In this document: in pieces, positions 8,125-16,736 of the stretch
How the letters are laid out: every line of letters begins with the position of its first letter
Numbering within the stretch: position 1 is the first letter of the stretch
From: Minisyncoccia bacterium
Lineage (GTDB): Bacteria; Patescibacteriota; Minisyncoccia; Phycocordibacterales; UBA6065
Assembly (NCBI GenBank): GCA_044233485.1
Contig: JBIIJY010000001.1
Location: 16,701 to 80,700, forward strand
Length of the DNA: 64,000 nt
Direction of reading: 5' to 3'
Notes under the pieces: generated by a model
What the model saw: the letters and a program-made list of their open reading frames with translations, nothing else
Told to the model about the DNA's origin: nothing
Database searches by the model: none
Translations under genes and position numbers: made by a program

Positions 8125-8631
8125 ATGGAAGAACCCGAGTTGTTCAAGGTCGCAGTGCGACCTCCCAAGAAGAAGAAGCCACCCCAGGAATACAAGGTGG
8201 TGGCGTTGCGGGACTGTCCGCTGCCGGAGTATCTGCTCAAATGCGAGTCCCCGGAGCACGCGGCCGACTACTGGCGGCGGTGCATCAGCACCCTGCCGAG
8301 TTACGATCCCGACAAGGAATCGTTCGTCGTGCTGTTGCTGACCACCCGCAAGCACGTCAAGGGCCACCAGGTGGTGACCACCGGCATCCTCGACCAGGTG
8401 CTGGTCCATGCCCGCGAAGTGTTCCGGCCCGCGATTGTGGCCGCCGCCCATGCGGTGGTCCTCATGCACAACCACCCCGGGGGAGACCCCTCGCCCAGCG
8501 AGGCGGACCTTCGTGTCACGCGTGACCTGATCCGCGCCGGCCAGCTCCTCAAGATCGAGGTGCTGGACCATGTCATCGTCACCCCGTTCCGGCACTGTTC
8601 ACTGCGGACGTTGGGTTACTTTGCAGGCTGA
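8125..8631 (+). CDS. radC: RadC-like JAB/MPN-domain protein.
   Basis: HNHPGGDPSPSEADLRVTRDLIRAGQLLKIEVLDHVIV matches the RadC/JAB motif HNHPSG..PS..D...T..L......I.LLDH.IV. Confidence 0.85.
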   Translation: MEEPELFKVAVRPPKKKKPPQEYKVVALRDCPLPEYLLKCESPEHAADYWRRCISTLPSYDPDKESFVVLLLTTRKHVKGHQVVTTGILDQVLVHAREVFRPAIVAAAHAVVLMHNHPGGDPSPSEADLRVTRDLIRAGQLLKIEVLDHVIVTPFRHCSLRTLGYFAG

Positions 8632-8635
8632 CCAA

Positions 8636-8672
8636 GCCCGCTCCGATGGAGCGGGCTTTTGTTGGCGATGAA
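8636..8672 (+). terminator. Rho-independent terminator after radC.
   Basis: aagcccgctcc-gatg-gagcgggctt followed by ttgttgg. Confidence 0.6.
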
Positions 8673-8831
8673 TTACGCTAAGAAGCTCCCGAGACTGCGA
8701 AACTGGTTCTAGGCGAACCTCGTGGCTTCGTTTCGGGCTACTGGCAAACCGCATGTCCTGTAAGGCGTGAAAGTTGAGAACCAGTCGCCCAGCCGACGCT
8801 GTTTCGGCTGGGCGGCACGCCTCGCGTTGCA

Positions 8832-9125
8832 TCATCCGCCTTTTCGGCGGACTTCTTTGACGACGACGGTCGCAATTTCCATAACAACGGCCCCGTGTTG
8901 TGCCAAAAATCGCACGGCAGGCCGAGCCCATATCGGCGCCAAGACGACCAGCGATCCCGTGACCACGTCGTGCCAACCGCGGTGCCAGCCGAACATCGCA
9001 AGCATGCCCAGGCCGGCGAAGCTGATCGGTATCCAATTGACGCTTTTCGAGATATGTGGTGCAGATTTCTTGCGCCCTTGCCGGCGGCGACGATTTGCGT
9101 TATCGTTATCTTGTTTACGCATAAC
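8832..9125 (-). CDS. Possible small membrane protein (~98 aa). Ambiguous against overlapping plus-strand ORFs.
   Basis: MRKQDNDNANRRRRQGRKKS... followed by a hydrophobic stretch WIPISFAGLGMLAMFGWHRGWHDVVTGSLVVLAPIW. The plus-strand ORFs 8767..9138 and 8895..9146 have poorer composition, but a plus-strand terminator at 9174 argues that something on the plus strand ends there. Confidence 0.3.
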   Translation of the reverse strand, partial: VMRKQDNDNANRRRRQGRKKSAPHISKSVNWIPISFAGLGMLAMFGWHRGWHDVVTGSLVVLAPIWARPAVRFLAQHGAVVMEIATVVVKEVRRKGG

Positions 9126-9173
9126 AGTGTTAGTGTGATTGTTTAATTGTGTAAACACCCGGGTTTTTCCGGG

Positions 9174-9211
9174 TAGGCCGCCTGCTGTAACAGGCGGCCT
9201 TTTTTGTTTGG
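9174..9211 (+). terminator. Rho-independent terminator (second of two tandem hairpins).
   Basis: aggccgcctg-ctgtaa-caggcggcct followed by tttttt. It is preceded by the hairpin acccgggtttttccgggt. Confidence 0.55.
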
Positions 9212-9300
9212 ACCGCACTTGCAGCCCACAGCCGACACTAGCAAGCGACTGCGCGAAGATGTTTGGGGTTTGGGTGGCGCATGGTGATTGGAAATGGTCG

Positions 9301-9624
9301 TTAAGCGGCCTGGCCAGCAATGGTCGCCAGAACCTGACGACGCTGGGTTTGCTGGTGGCCGGTCTGGGCAGCGAGTGCCTTGGCACGGGCCGCCACATCT
9401 CGGGCTACTTCGCCATAGAGACCGCTGAAGAGTTCGCTCGCCGAGCGCTGGTAGATGGCCTCGTAGGCGAGGGCCGCCCTAAGTCCGGGTTCACGGGCGA
9501 AGCGTTCATGCCGCGAGACCTTGGCCCCGCTCTGGGTGCCCAGCAGAAAGGCCACGTCCTCCTGGGAGAGTCCCAGGCGTTTGCGGTTCGAAAGCAGGTA
9601 GTTGGGTAGCAGGGTTGAAGACAT
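9301..9624 (-). CDS. XRE-family helix-turn-helix transcriptional regulator.
   Basis: LGLSQEDVAFLLGTQSGAKVSRHERF is a classic HTH_3 segment. It is transcribed divergently from the small ORF and the recombinase. Confidence 0.75.
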   Translation of the reverse strand: MSSTLLPNYLLSNRKRLGLSQEDVAFLLGTQSGAKVSRHERFAREPGLRAALAYEAIYQRSASELFSGLYGEVARDVAARAKALAAQTGHQQTQRRQVLATIAGQAA

Positions 9625-9872
9625 GGGGGTGGAACTCGCGGGGAGTCCGAGCCTTCACCCTACCGGATCGGTGAAACTATCGTAGGCGGGAACCTTTGCC
9701 GCTGACGGCAAGTGCGAAGGCCAACACCGGACAAATCAGTCCGGTGGAAGGATTAGGATTATACCATGTTATTACCCGTCCGTCAAAGATGCCCCCGAAA
9801 GGCGAAGGTGTCGTCACCGGCAGACATCCCCGTCTTCGGCCGCCAAGATTGAGGCGGTAGAGTGGGTCGCAC

Positions 9873-10106
9873 ATGAAGCCAAACCCCACTCCCACCCTGC
9901 GTGAGCTGTATCCCCACTTCACCGAGCACGAGCTGGCCGAGGCAGAGGATAACGTCGAACGCTATCTGGCGCTCATGCTGCGGATATTTGATCGCCTGGA
10001 GGCCGAGGCTGCCCCGTCGCCCGATCCATTGTCCCCTGACCCGGATGTGATACAATGCTCATTGCCGGATTCAGCCCCGCTTCCCCGGCCTCTCCCACAC
10101 CCATGA
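9873..10106 (+). CDS. Small protein (77 aa) translationally coupled to the serine recombinase. A possible directionality or accessory factor (speculative).
   Basis: Its stop TGA (10104-10106) overlaps the recombinase ATG (10103-10105). Confidence 0.45.
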   Translation: MKPNPTPTLRELYPHFTEHELAEAEDNVERYLALMLRIFDRLEAEAAPSPDPLSPDPDVIQCSLPDSAPLPRPLPHP

Positions 10107-11602
10107 ACGGATACATCGGCTACATCCGTGTCTCCACGGTGAAACAAGGAACCCAAGGAGTCTCGCTGCAGGAACAGCGCGAGGCGATTTTGCGTTACGC
10201 CGAACGCAATCGACTGCCGATTGGCATCTGGCTGGAGGAGATGGAAACCGCGGCCAAGCAGGGTCGTCCCGTGTTCAACCGCGCACTCAAACTGCTTCGT
10301 AGCCGAGGCGCCCGGGGAATCATCCTGCATAAGCTGGACCGGGGAGCGCGCAACCTCCGGGATTGGGCGGCTATCGGCGAGCTTTCTGATCAAGGCGTTG
10401 AGATTCACTTCGTTTCCGAAGGGCTGGATCTCCAGTCCAGGGGTGGCCGACTTTCGGCCGACATTCAGGCGGTCGTGGCCGCCGATTACATCCGCAATTT
10501 GCGTGAGGAGACCCGCAAGGGATTTTACGGACGTCTGAAGCAGGGCCTCTACCCGCTGCAGGCTCCGCTCGGCTATGTCGATCAGGGCCGGGGAAAGGCC
10601 AAGACGATTGACCCCGTGATGGGACCGATCGTCCGGCAGGCGTTCGAGCTTTATGCCAGCACCCACTTCAATCTGGAATCCTTGGGCACGGAATTGCATA
10701 GGCGGGGACTCCGCAACCGCCGCGGGGGACGGGTGACCCGCAATGGACTCTCCACGCTGCTCAACAATCCCTTCTATTTCGGCCTCATCCACCTTCAAAA
10801 GACGGGTGAGACCTTCGCGGGCGTGCATGAACCGCTCATTGGCAAGGTCCTCTTTGACCGCGTGCAGGGAGTTCTCACCGGCAAAACCAACACCCGCAGT
10901 CAGCGGCATCGGTTCCAGTATCGCCGGCTGTTTGCCTGTCAGTCCTGCCGTCATTCACTCGTGGGCGAGCGCCAGAAGGGGCACGTCTATTACCGTTGCC
11001 ACGGCAAATCCTGCCCGCCGTCTTCCGTCCGCGAGGAGGCCATCGGGATGCAGGTGGAAAACCTGCTCCGGAAAATCCGTTTCAATGAACAGGAACAGGC
11101 CTACTTCAAAGCCCGACTCCGCCTGATGAAAACGACGTGGGCCAATCGGCAGGAACAGGAGGCCAGACTTTTGAACATCAAGCTGGGCCAGCTCAGGGAT
11201 CGCCTCAACCGATTAACCGACGCCTACCTGGACCAGGCCCTCGATAAAACCATGTTTGAAGCCCGGAAACAGAGCCTGTTGCTGGAGCAGAGGGAGACCG
11301 AGGCGCAGCTAGCCAACCTGATCCGTCACCACGGCACTTCGCCGGATCGGCTTGAGAAATTCCTCGAACTGGCCGGCGACGCCTGGTTGAGCCACCAGAA
11401 GGCATCGCCCGAGGAACAGCGTGAACTGGTCAGCATCTTCACCTCGAACCGGCAGGTGCAGGGAAAAAAGGTCGAATTGGAGCCGTCGCTTCCGTTTAGG
11501 GAAATAGCGGAACGGTCGACTTCGGATGGTTGTGACCCTATCGGGATTCGAACCCGAGTTACAGGCTTGAAAAGCCCGTGTCCTGACCAGACTAGACGAT
11601 AG
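10103..11602 (+). CDS. Large serine recombinase (resolvase/invertase catalytic domain, recombinase domain, zinc ribbon, coiled coil).
   Basis: MNGYIGYIRVSTVKQ carries the catalytic Ser. Zn ribbon: CQSCRHSLVGERQKGHVYYRCHGKSC. Coiled-coil C-terminus. The ORF nominally reads through tRNA-Glu (11533-11606); the true stop and the role of the last ~25 codons are uncertain. Confidence 0.88.
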   Translation: MNGYIGYIRVSTVKQGTQGVSLQEQREAILRYAERNRLPIGIWLEEMETAAKQGRPVFNRALKLLRSRGARGIILHKLDRGARNLRDWAAIGELSDQGVEIHFVSEGLDLQSRGGRLSADIQAVVAADYIRNLREETRKGFYGRLKQGLYPLQAPLGYVDQGRGKAKTIDPVMGPIVRQAFELYASTHFNLESLGTELHRRGLRNRRGGRVTRNGLSTLLNNPFYFGLIHLQKTGETFAGVHEPLIGKVLFDRVQGVLTGKTNTRSQRHRFQYRRLFACQSCRHSLVGERQKGHVYYRCHGKSCPPSSVREEAIGMQVENLLRKIRFNEQEQAYFKARLRLMKTTWANRQEQEARLLNIKLGQLRDRLNRLTDAYLDQALDKTMFEARKQSLLLEQRETEAQLANLIRHHGTSPDRLEKFLELAGDAWLSHQKASPEEQRELVSIFTSNRQVQGKKVELEPSLPFREIAERSTSDGCDPIGIRTRVTGLKSPCPDQTRR

Positions 11603-11606
11603 GGCC
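11533..11606 (-). tRNA. tRNA-Glu (anticodon TTC).
   Basis: GGCCCTATCGTCTAGTCTGGTCAGGACACGGGCTTTTCAAGCCTGTAACTCGGGTTCGAATCCCGATAGGGTCA. It closely resembles E. coli tRNA-Glu. Anticodon loop TTTTCAA. No CCA is encoded. Confidence 0.85.
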
Positions 11607-11700
11607 AAGGAGTACCTTCAGCAATGACTGACTCGTACTGTCGATAATTTATAACATACTTTTGAAATGATTTCAAAAGTGCTACACTCACTTCTGCACT

Positions 11701-11787
11701 GGAAGCGTGGCTGAGTGGTTGAAAGCACCGCTCTCGAAAAGCGGCATAGGGGTAACCTTATCGGGAGTTCAAATCTCCCCGCTTCCG
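11701..11787 (+). tRNA. tRNA-Ser (anticodon CGA), type II with a long variable arm.
   Basis: GGAAGCGTGGCTGAGTGGTTGAAAGCACCGCTCTCGAAAAGCGG...GGGAGTTCAAATCTCCCCGCTTCCG. The acceptor, D, anticodon (CTCGAAA), variable and T arms all fold. Confidence 0.85.
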
Positions 11788-12045
11788 CAGGATAGGAAGT
11801 GTTGGGGACACTTCCGTGGAGATTTGAAAGGACTTTCCTGAAAGACGAGAAGTTTGTGGCTTCGAGTATTTCGGAAAGTCACCTGCCGATGTAATCGGAA
11901 AATCTCCCCGCTTCCGCAGGATAGGAAGTGTTGGGAACACTTCCGTGGAGATTTGAAAGGACTTTCCTGAAAGACGAGAAGTTTACTGCTTCGAGTATTT
12001 CGGAAAGTCACCTGCCGATGTAGTCGGAAAATCTCCCCGCTTCCG
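11771..12045. repeat. Tandem 129-bp direct repeats (2 full units plus 17 nt), each beginning with the tRNA-Ser 3' end.
   Basis: aaatctccccgcttccg occurs at 11771, 11900 and 12029. The units are near-identical and contain the internal palindrome ggaagtgttggggacacttcc. Confidence 0.85.
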
Positions 12046-12056
12046 CAGGAGATTAT

Positions 12057-15000
12057 TTACTCTAAAAATAGCCCCCAACTCTCGAGCAAGGCCTGTGTTT
12101 GGAATTGCAAGAATTCAAGGAGTGCCCGCTCAGTATTTTGACCGAACGTAGAAGTTTCTCTTCCTGGAGAGCCCGGACCAGTCTCGACGATCTCGAACCC
12201 GCTACGGTTAAGGAAGATTTGAAGATCTCGTACTCCGCTTGTGGCTGTGTTCAAGTTACCTACAGCCTCTTCACTTGCTGGGGTACTCACAGGCAATTGA
12301 ACACTCTGTACTACCGGAGCTTGAGGTGAAGCAGGAACCACAGGTATAGGCAGGGTCGTGGCGATCCGTGCCAGTCGACGTCCTGCATTTCCAGTACTTG
12401 AAGCCGGTTGAGGCGCTTGAGTGGCCACTTCTTCTACAGGCTGCGGACGCAACTGGATAGTCAGAACACGTAGTTCAACCCCACGCACACCGTCATCGGC
12501 TGGAAAAAATAATTTGTTTCCGAGAAGTTTTGCCTCGGACATCTCAGGACTTGAATCCGAACTCCCCGGATAGATATCGTCAACTAGGACAGTACCTTCA
12601 GTAGTACCGTCGCTTTTCCAGAGCTCGATACCATTCACGCCATCGGTCGCATTGAAATAGATTGTACCATCGATATCGACCAGACCACTCGGTTCACTAC
12701 TTCCTGTTTGATGTATATCCTTCACCATCACCGTTCCTTCTTCGGTGCCGTCGGATTTCCAGAGTTCGAATCCATTCACACCATCGATTGCCCTAAAATA
12801 CAAGTTATTATTGTAATTTAAAAAATATTGCGGCGAGGATGCATCTGAGTTTGCTGGAGCGATATTTTTCACCATGACCGTTCCCTCAGTGGTGCCGTCG
12901 GATTTCCAGAGTTCTAGATCATTCGCGAAACCATCAAACCCTGAAAAAAATAACGTGCCGTTGACAGTCAGCGCAAAATGCTCGAAACCAACATTCCCTG
13001 GCGGGTAGGTATCCTTCACAAGCACGGTGCCCAGAGTAGTACCGTCAGTCTTCCAGAGTTGAGTGAGCGAATTAAAGAAGTAGATGACATTCTCACCGAC
13101 TGTAAAGTTACTTAATTCTGCTGAATCAATATCTGTGACCACTATCGTCCCGTCCGTAGTGCCATCAGTTTTCCAGAGTTGTCTCCCATGCGTACCGTCA
13201 TTTGCAGTGAAATAAAGTGCATTTTTCCAAATGAAAAAACTAGTGGGGTCTGAGTAACCACCGTCTGGATTTATATCTTTTACCAGTACCGTTCCACCTT
13301 CAGTGCCATCAGTTTTCCAGAGTTCAGTTCCATATACATTGTCAGGGTCCGTAGCGCCAAAATAAACCACTCCATTGTAGGAGGCAATCTCTGTTGGAGT
13401 AGGGGCATCGATAATTTTTTGCGTTCCTTCACTTGTCCCATCGCTTTTCCAGAGTTCTCCATTACCATCAACATCAAAAGCAAAGAAATATAGTTGATTT
13501 CCGTTAACTGTGAGTACAGAGGGATCTGAACCAGAAAGCCCCGGGACAATATCTTTAACCATCACCGTCCCCTCGGTGGTGCCGTCACTTTTCCAGAGCT
13601 CGATACCATGAACCCCGTCATCGGCAATAAAATAGAAATTTTCTTTAAAGAGAATACTGCCCCCTGGATATGAACTGACAGTATTTGTATTCAAGTCTTC
13701 AATTAGCACCGTCCCCCCTTGCGTACCGTCACTTTTCCAGAGTTCATAGCCACGAACCCCATCATCGGCAGTAAAATACAACGCACCACCGCTCACAAGA
13801 AAACCTTGAGGGTTTGAATATCCAGGCTCAGCCCTATCTTCAGTATTTATATCTTTCACCATTACTGTTCCCACATCTGTCCCATCACTTTTCCAAAGTT
13901 CAAACCCATTAACACCATCGTCTGCTGAAAAATATAATGTACCAGCCGCACCAACCATGCGTCCGCCTGAAAGCCCATCGGTTTCGTCTCCACTGATATC
14001 CTTCACCATCACTGTTCCTTCTTCGGTACCATCACTTTTCCAGAGTTCAAACCCATTCACTCCGTCATTCCCTCCAAAGTAAAGCGTGCCGCCAATATCA
14101 ACTAGTGCAGATGGTAAATTCGTCTCTCCTTCAGTCGTATCAACATCCTTCACCATTACCGTTCCTTCTTCGGTACCATCACTTTTCCAGAGTTCATAAT
14201 CCTCATCAGTTGAAGCCGCCACAAAAAACAGGGTGCCACCTGAAACTACCAAACTATTGACCCCAGAACTACTATTTCCGGGATTTATATCTTTCACAAC
14301 CACCGTACCTAGTGTAGTACCGTCGGTCTTCATGAGCTCATACCCAGCGGCATTAGTACTCGCGCCGAAATATAAAACACCGTCGAATTCTGCAGCTGCG
14401 AAACCTTCAGATATCCCATCTCCACCTGTATAAAGGTCTTTTACGAGCACGGTGCCCAGAGTAGTACCGTCGGTCTTGTACAGCTCGTATCCAGTCCCGT
14501 CATTATAGCCTCTAAAATACAAATTTCCGCCAGCGTTAATGAATTGAGTAGTTACCGAGCCTGCTGGTCCCGGGCGAATATCCTTCACCATCACCGTTCC
14601 TTCTTCCGTGCCGTCACTTTTCCAGAGTTCAGATCCCGTAACGTCATTGTCCGATGCCGCGGAAAAGAATATCTCTCCATTTAGAATACCTACCTCACGA
14701 CCATCAAGCTGGAGAACCCCTTCTCCGGCTCCAGGATTGATATCCTTCACTATCACCGTCCCCTCCTCGGTACCGTCACTTTTCCAGAGTTCAGTACCGA
14801 GATTTGTCAAAGCAGAAAAAAAGAACACGTCCCCGACGACGTACAAATCACCGATCTGCGCATTCGCAACTCCAGCAGCAAACTGTTTTACAAGCATCGT
14901 ACCCTCAGAAGTTCCATCACTCTTCCAAATTTGATTATTATTCCGGACAAAATAAGTTGATCCGAGAAACTCGATTAATTCAGAAGAGATGCCGGCTGAG

Positions 15001-15146
15001 TCCGTATCGGTATTTATATCTTTCAAGAGCACTGAAGAGGCGCGCGCAGACTGCGCGGTTACCAGACTCGCAAAGATAACTAGCAAGAGTGCTGTCTTGA
15101 CGACGAAATTCACTTTTCTAGTATAGCAGAAAGTACCACTCGTCAA
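12057..15146 (-). CDS. Large secreted cell-surface protein: about 17 ELWxxDGT-type repeats (likely beta-propeller) plus a C-terminal peptidoglycan-binding (PG_binding_1-like) domain.
   Basis: Signal peptide. Repeated ELWKSDGTEEGTVMVKDI... units. The C-terminus, RDLQIFLNRSGF...GPGSPGRETSTFGQNTERALLEFLQFQ, resembles PG-binding domain 1. Confidence 0.85.
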   Translation of the reverse strand: MTSGTFCYTRKVNFVVKTALLLVIFASLVTAQSARASSVLLKDINTDTDSAGISSELIEFLGSTYFVRNNNQIWKSDGTSEGTMLVKQFAAGVANAQIGDLYVVGDVFFFSALTNLGTELWKSDGTEEGTVIVKDINPGAGEGVLQLDGREVGILNGEIFFSAASDNDVTGSELWKSDGTEEGTVMVKDIRPGPAGSVTTQFINAGGNLYFRGYNDGTGYELYKTDGTTLGTVLVKDLYTGGDGISEGFAAAEFDGVLYFGASTNAAGYELMKTDGTTLGTVVVKDINPGNSSSGVNSLVVSGGTLFFVAASTDEDYELWKSDGTEEGTVMVKDVDTTEGETNLPSALVDIGGTLYFGGNDGVNGFELWKSDGTEEGTVMVKDISGDETDGLSGGRMVGAAGTLYFSADDGVNGFELWKSDGTDVGTVMVKDINTEDRAEPGYSNPQGFLVSGGALYFTADDGVRGYELWKSDGTQGGTVLIEDLNTNTVSSYPGGSILFKENFYFIADDGVHGIELWKSDGTTEGTVMVKDIVPGLSGSDPSVLTVNGNQLYFFAFDVDGNGELWKSDGTSEGTQKIIDAPTPTEIASYNGVVYFGATDPDNVYGTELWKTDGTEGGTVLVKDINPDGGYSDPTSFFIWKNALYFTANDGTHGRQLWKTDGTTDGTIVVTDIDSAELSNFTVGENVIYFFNSLTQLWKTDGTTLGTVLVKDTYPPGNVGFEHFALTVNGTLFFSGFDGFANDLELWKSDGTTEGTVMVKNIAPANSDASSPQYFLNYNNNLYFRAIDGVNGFELWKSDGTEEGTVMVKDIHQTGSSEPSGLVDIDGTIYFNATDGVNGIELWKSDGTTEGTVLVDDIYPGSSDSSPEMSEAKLLGNKLFFPADDGVRGVELRVLTIQLRPQPVEEVATQAPQPASSTGNAGRRLARIATTLPIPVVPASPQAPVVQSVQLPVSTPASEEAVGNLNTATSGVRDLQIFLNRSGFEIVETGPGSPGRETSTFGQNTERALLEFLQFQTQALLESWGLFLE

Positions 15147-15165
15147 TGTTTTTGATATATACTAT

Positions 15166-16074
15166 TTGTATATGAAACCTTCGTATTTCTACTCTCTCGT
15201 CGGCGTGTTTCTCACACTCATCTGTATTGTCTTTGCCTTTTTTACCGTTAATTCATATTCCTCTCAATCTGAGCTCGCTTTTCAAGTGAATAGCCTCAAC
15301 ACCAGACTCGCCTCCACAACCGCGCTTGCCAGTGACCTCAATTCTCTTTCGGAAAAACTCACCGCCGAACAGGTACGCGTCTCGAAACTTGAGGACTCAC
15401 TGAAGGAATCACAAAAAAAACTTACCAGCATCGAGAAAAACTTCGGCAAAGTAACCGACTCACTGAGTGAGCTCGAGAAGATAGCGAAAGCCGACCCCAA
15501 GCTCCTCCAGAAGTATTCGAAAGTATATTTCCTCAACGAGCACTATGAGCCCGCTCGACTCTCGGAGATAGATTCTGTCTATACAGTAAATACCAATCGC
15601 TCTGAGACAATTCACGCCAGTGTCTGGCCGTACCTGCGGACGATGCTCCAAAACGCCGAAGATGCCCGCGTACCACTTCGTATCGCTTCTGCGTATCGCT
15701 CATTTAATACTCAGGCATCTTTAAAGACAAACTACTCCGTCACGTATGGCGCTGGTACCGCCAATCAGTTTTCGGCTGACCAGGGCTATTCTGAGCATCA
15801 GCTCGGCACCACCGTAGACTTTTCAACTCCCGAGCTTGGAACAAATTTCACAAATTTTGAAAGGACTTCAGCCTTTGCTTGGCTCAAAGAAAATGCCTAC
15901 AAGTACGGCTTCATATTGTCATACCCTCCGAATAATCAATACTATGTCTACGAGCCATGGCACTGGCGATTCGTCGGCAAGGATCTCGCCGAACATCTCC
16001 ATACGACCAATATGCAATTTTATGAACTCGAGCAGCGAAAAATCGATGAATTCCTCCCACGTATGTTTGACTAG
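15166..16074 (+). CDS. VanY-like D-alanyl-D-alanine carboxypeptidase (peptidase M15B) with an N-terminal TM and coiled coil.
   Basis: SAYRSFNTQ, YSEHQLGTTVDFS and EPWHWRFVG match M15 zinc-peptidase motifs. Confidence 0.85.
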   Translation: MYMKPSYFYSLVGVFLTLICIVFAFFTVNSYSSQSELAFQVNSLNTRLASTTALASDLNSLSEKLTAEQVRVSKLEDSLKESQKKLTSIEKNFGKVTDSLSELEKIAKADPKLLQKYSKVYFLNEHYEPARLSEIDSVYTVNTNRSETIHASVWPYLRTMLQNAEDARVPLRIASAYRSFNTQASLKTNYSVTYGAGTANQFSADQGYSEHQLGTTVDFSTPELGTNFTNFERTSAFAWLKENAYKYGFILSYPPNNQYYVYEPWHWRFVGKDLAEHLHTTNMQFYELEQRKIDEFLPRMFD

Positions 16075-16168
16075 TCGACCGATCTCTCTGTTTGACTTAT
16101 TATAAAAGATAAGTTATAATAGTCTTTGGAGTTCAGGAGCAAAACCCACCTGAACGCAGGACTTCACA

Positions 16169-16681
16169 ATGAGCTCATCATCAAATACTCCTAAGACCTC
16201 TCACTTTTTCACGTATTTTTTCACGTATTTAATTGTTTCGCTTCTTATAGCGGCGGTAATGTTTGGTTTGTTCGGATTTTCTTTATCCTTCTTGGCCGAC
16301 TACATCAAGAAATCAGCTGAAAACCCACCTCATGTGGAGCTCGAACCGACCATCGTAACCAATCTTGTTCCAAAAACCGGCTTCGGAAGTGAGCTTCACG
16401 GAAATATCAGCTACGTGACCCGTAAAGGATTCAACGGGGGAATCGCCCCACTTTTTGATCCGGGTTCATCCGACCTGGGCGAGCAGTGGGATCTGATCAA
16501 AAAAGTAGTTGCCAATGTCCCCGACCCCACTATGCTTCCCCCGATAACGATCCAGGTAGTCTCTCGGGAGTTTGTCCTAGTGGGTACCAATATGGTGCCC
16601 TACCACGGACAAGCAGGCTTCAGGACAACACTTCCAGCGGGAATCATTGTCACCTACCCTCCAGGCAGTCAGTTTCGTTAG
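16169..16681 (+). CDS. Hypothetical membrane-anchored protein, a paralog of the ORF at 18583..18963.
   Basis: GIAPLFDPGSSDLGEQWDLIKKV... aligns with GTLAPLYDPDSTDPQKNWTVIEQIL in the other ORF. Confidence 0.5.
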   Translation: MSSSSNTPKTSHFFTYFFTYLIVSLLIAAVMFGLFGFSLSFLADYIKKSAENPPHVELEPTIVTNLVPKTGFGSELHGNISYVTRKGFNGGIAPLFDPGSSDLGEQWDLIKKVVANVPDPTMLPPITIQVVSREFVLVGTNMVPYHGQAGFRTTLPAGIIVTYPPGSQFR

Positions 16682-16695
16682 TCTGCACACGTTCC

Positions 16696-16732
16696 ATCGC
16701 GGGGCGGCCAAAGGTCGCCCCGCTTTTTTTAT
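16696..16732. terminator. Bidirectional rho-independent terminator.
   Basis: gcggggcggcc-aaag-gtcgccccgc followed by ttttttt. Confidence 0.6.
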
Positions 16733-16736
16733 TTTC

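Larger units (their letters stand above)
7197..11532 (+). mobile_element. About 4.3-kb GC-rich integrated element with a large serine recombinase at its right end, inserted at the 3' end of tRNA-Glu.
   Basis: It is visibly GC-rich (by eye, not computed), with high-GC codons, and flanks are AT-rich. The left edge is flush with ttgtgaccc, which is also the last 9 nt before the tRNA-Glu 3' end at 11530-11538. Cargo: two coupled small ORFs, RadC/JAB, an XRE regulator, a small ORF coupled to the LSR, and two rho-independent terminators. Confidence 0.75.

Noticed and set aside
7581-8240. Multiple overlapping ORFs (7581..7862 +, 7587..7883 -, 7600..7986 +, 7705..7992 -, 7989..8240 -).
   Set aside because: These are high-GC spurious frames. 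Only the frame starting at the ATG at 7714 is protein-like. The 7600 start is a long-ORF artefact of the same frame.
8767-9146. Plus-strand ORFs 8767..9138 and 8895..9146 in the GC-rich element.
   Set aside because: Their amino-acid composition is not protein-like (Arg/Pro/Cys-rich runs). High GC inflates ORF length. A plus-strand terminator at 9174 does leave open that something is transcribed here, so it is noted as uncertain rather than called.
9139-9609. Plus-strand 156-aa ORF.
   Set aside because: It is antisense to the XRE HTH regulator, which has a clear motif.
7197-11532. GC-rich block as contamination or a chimeric contig.
   Set aside because: Both junctions coincide exactly with tRNA-Glu 3'-end core repeats, and the recombinase abuts the tRNA. 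This is the expected architecture of a real integration. Read-level verification is still advised.
11758-12011. Overlapping minus-strand ORFs 11758..11940 and 11769..12011. Possible CRISPR-like array.
   Set aside because: They lie wholly within the 129-bp tandem repeats downstream of tRNA-Ser. The ORFs are artefacts of repeating the same sequence. The whole unit repeats with no unique spacers and no cas genes, so it is not CRISPR.
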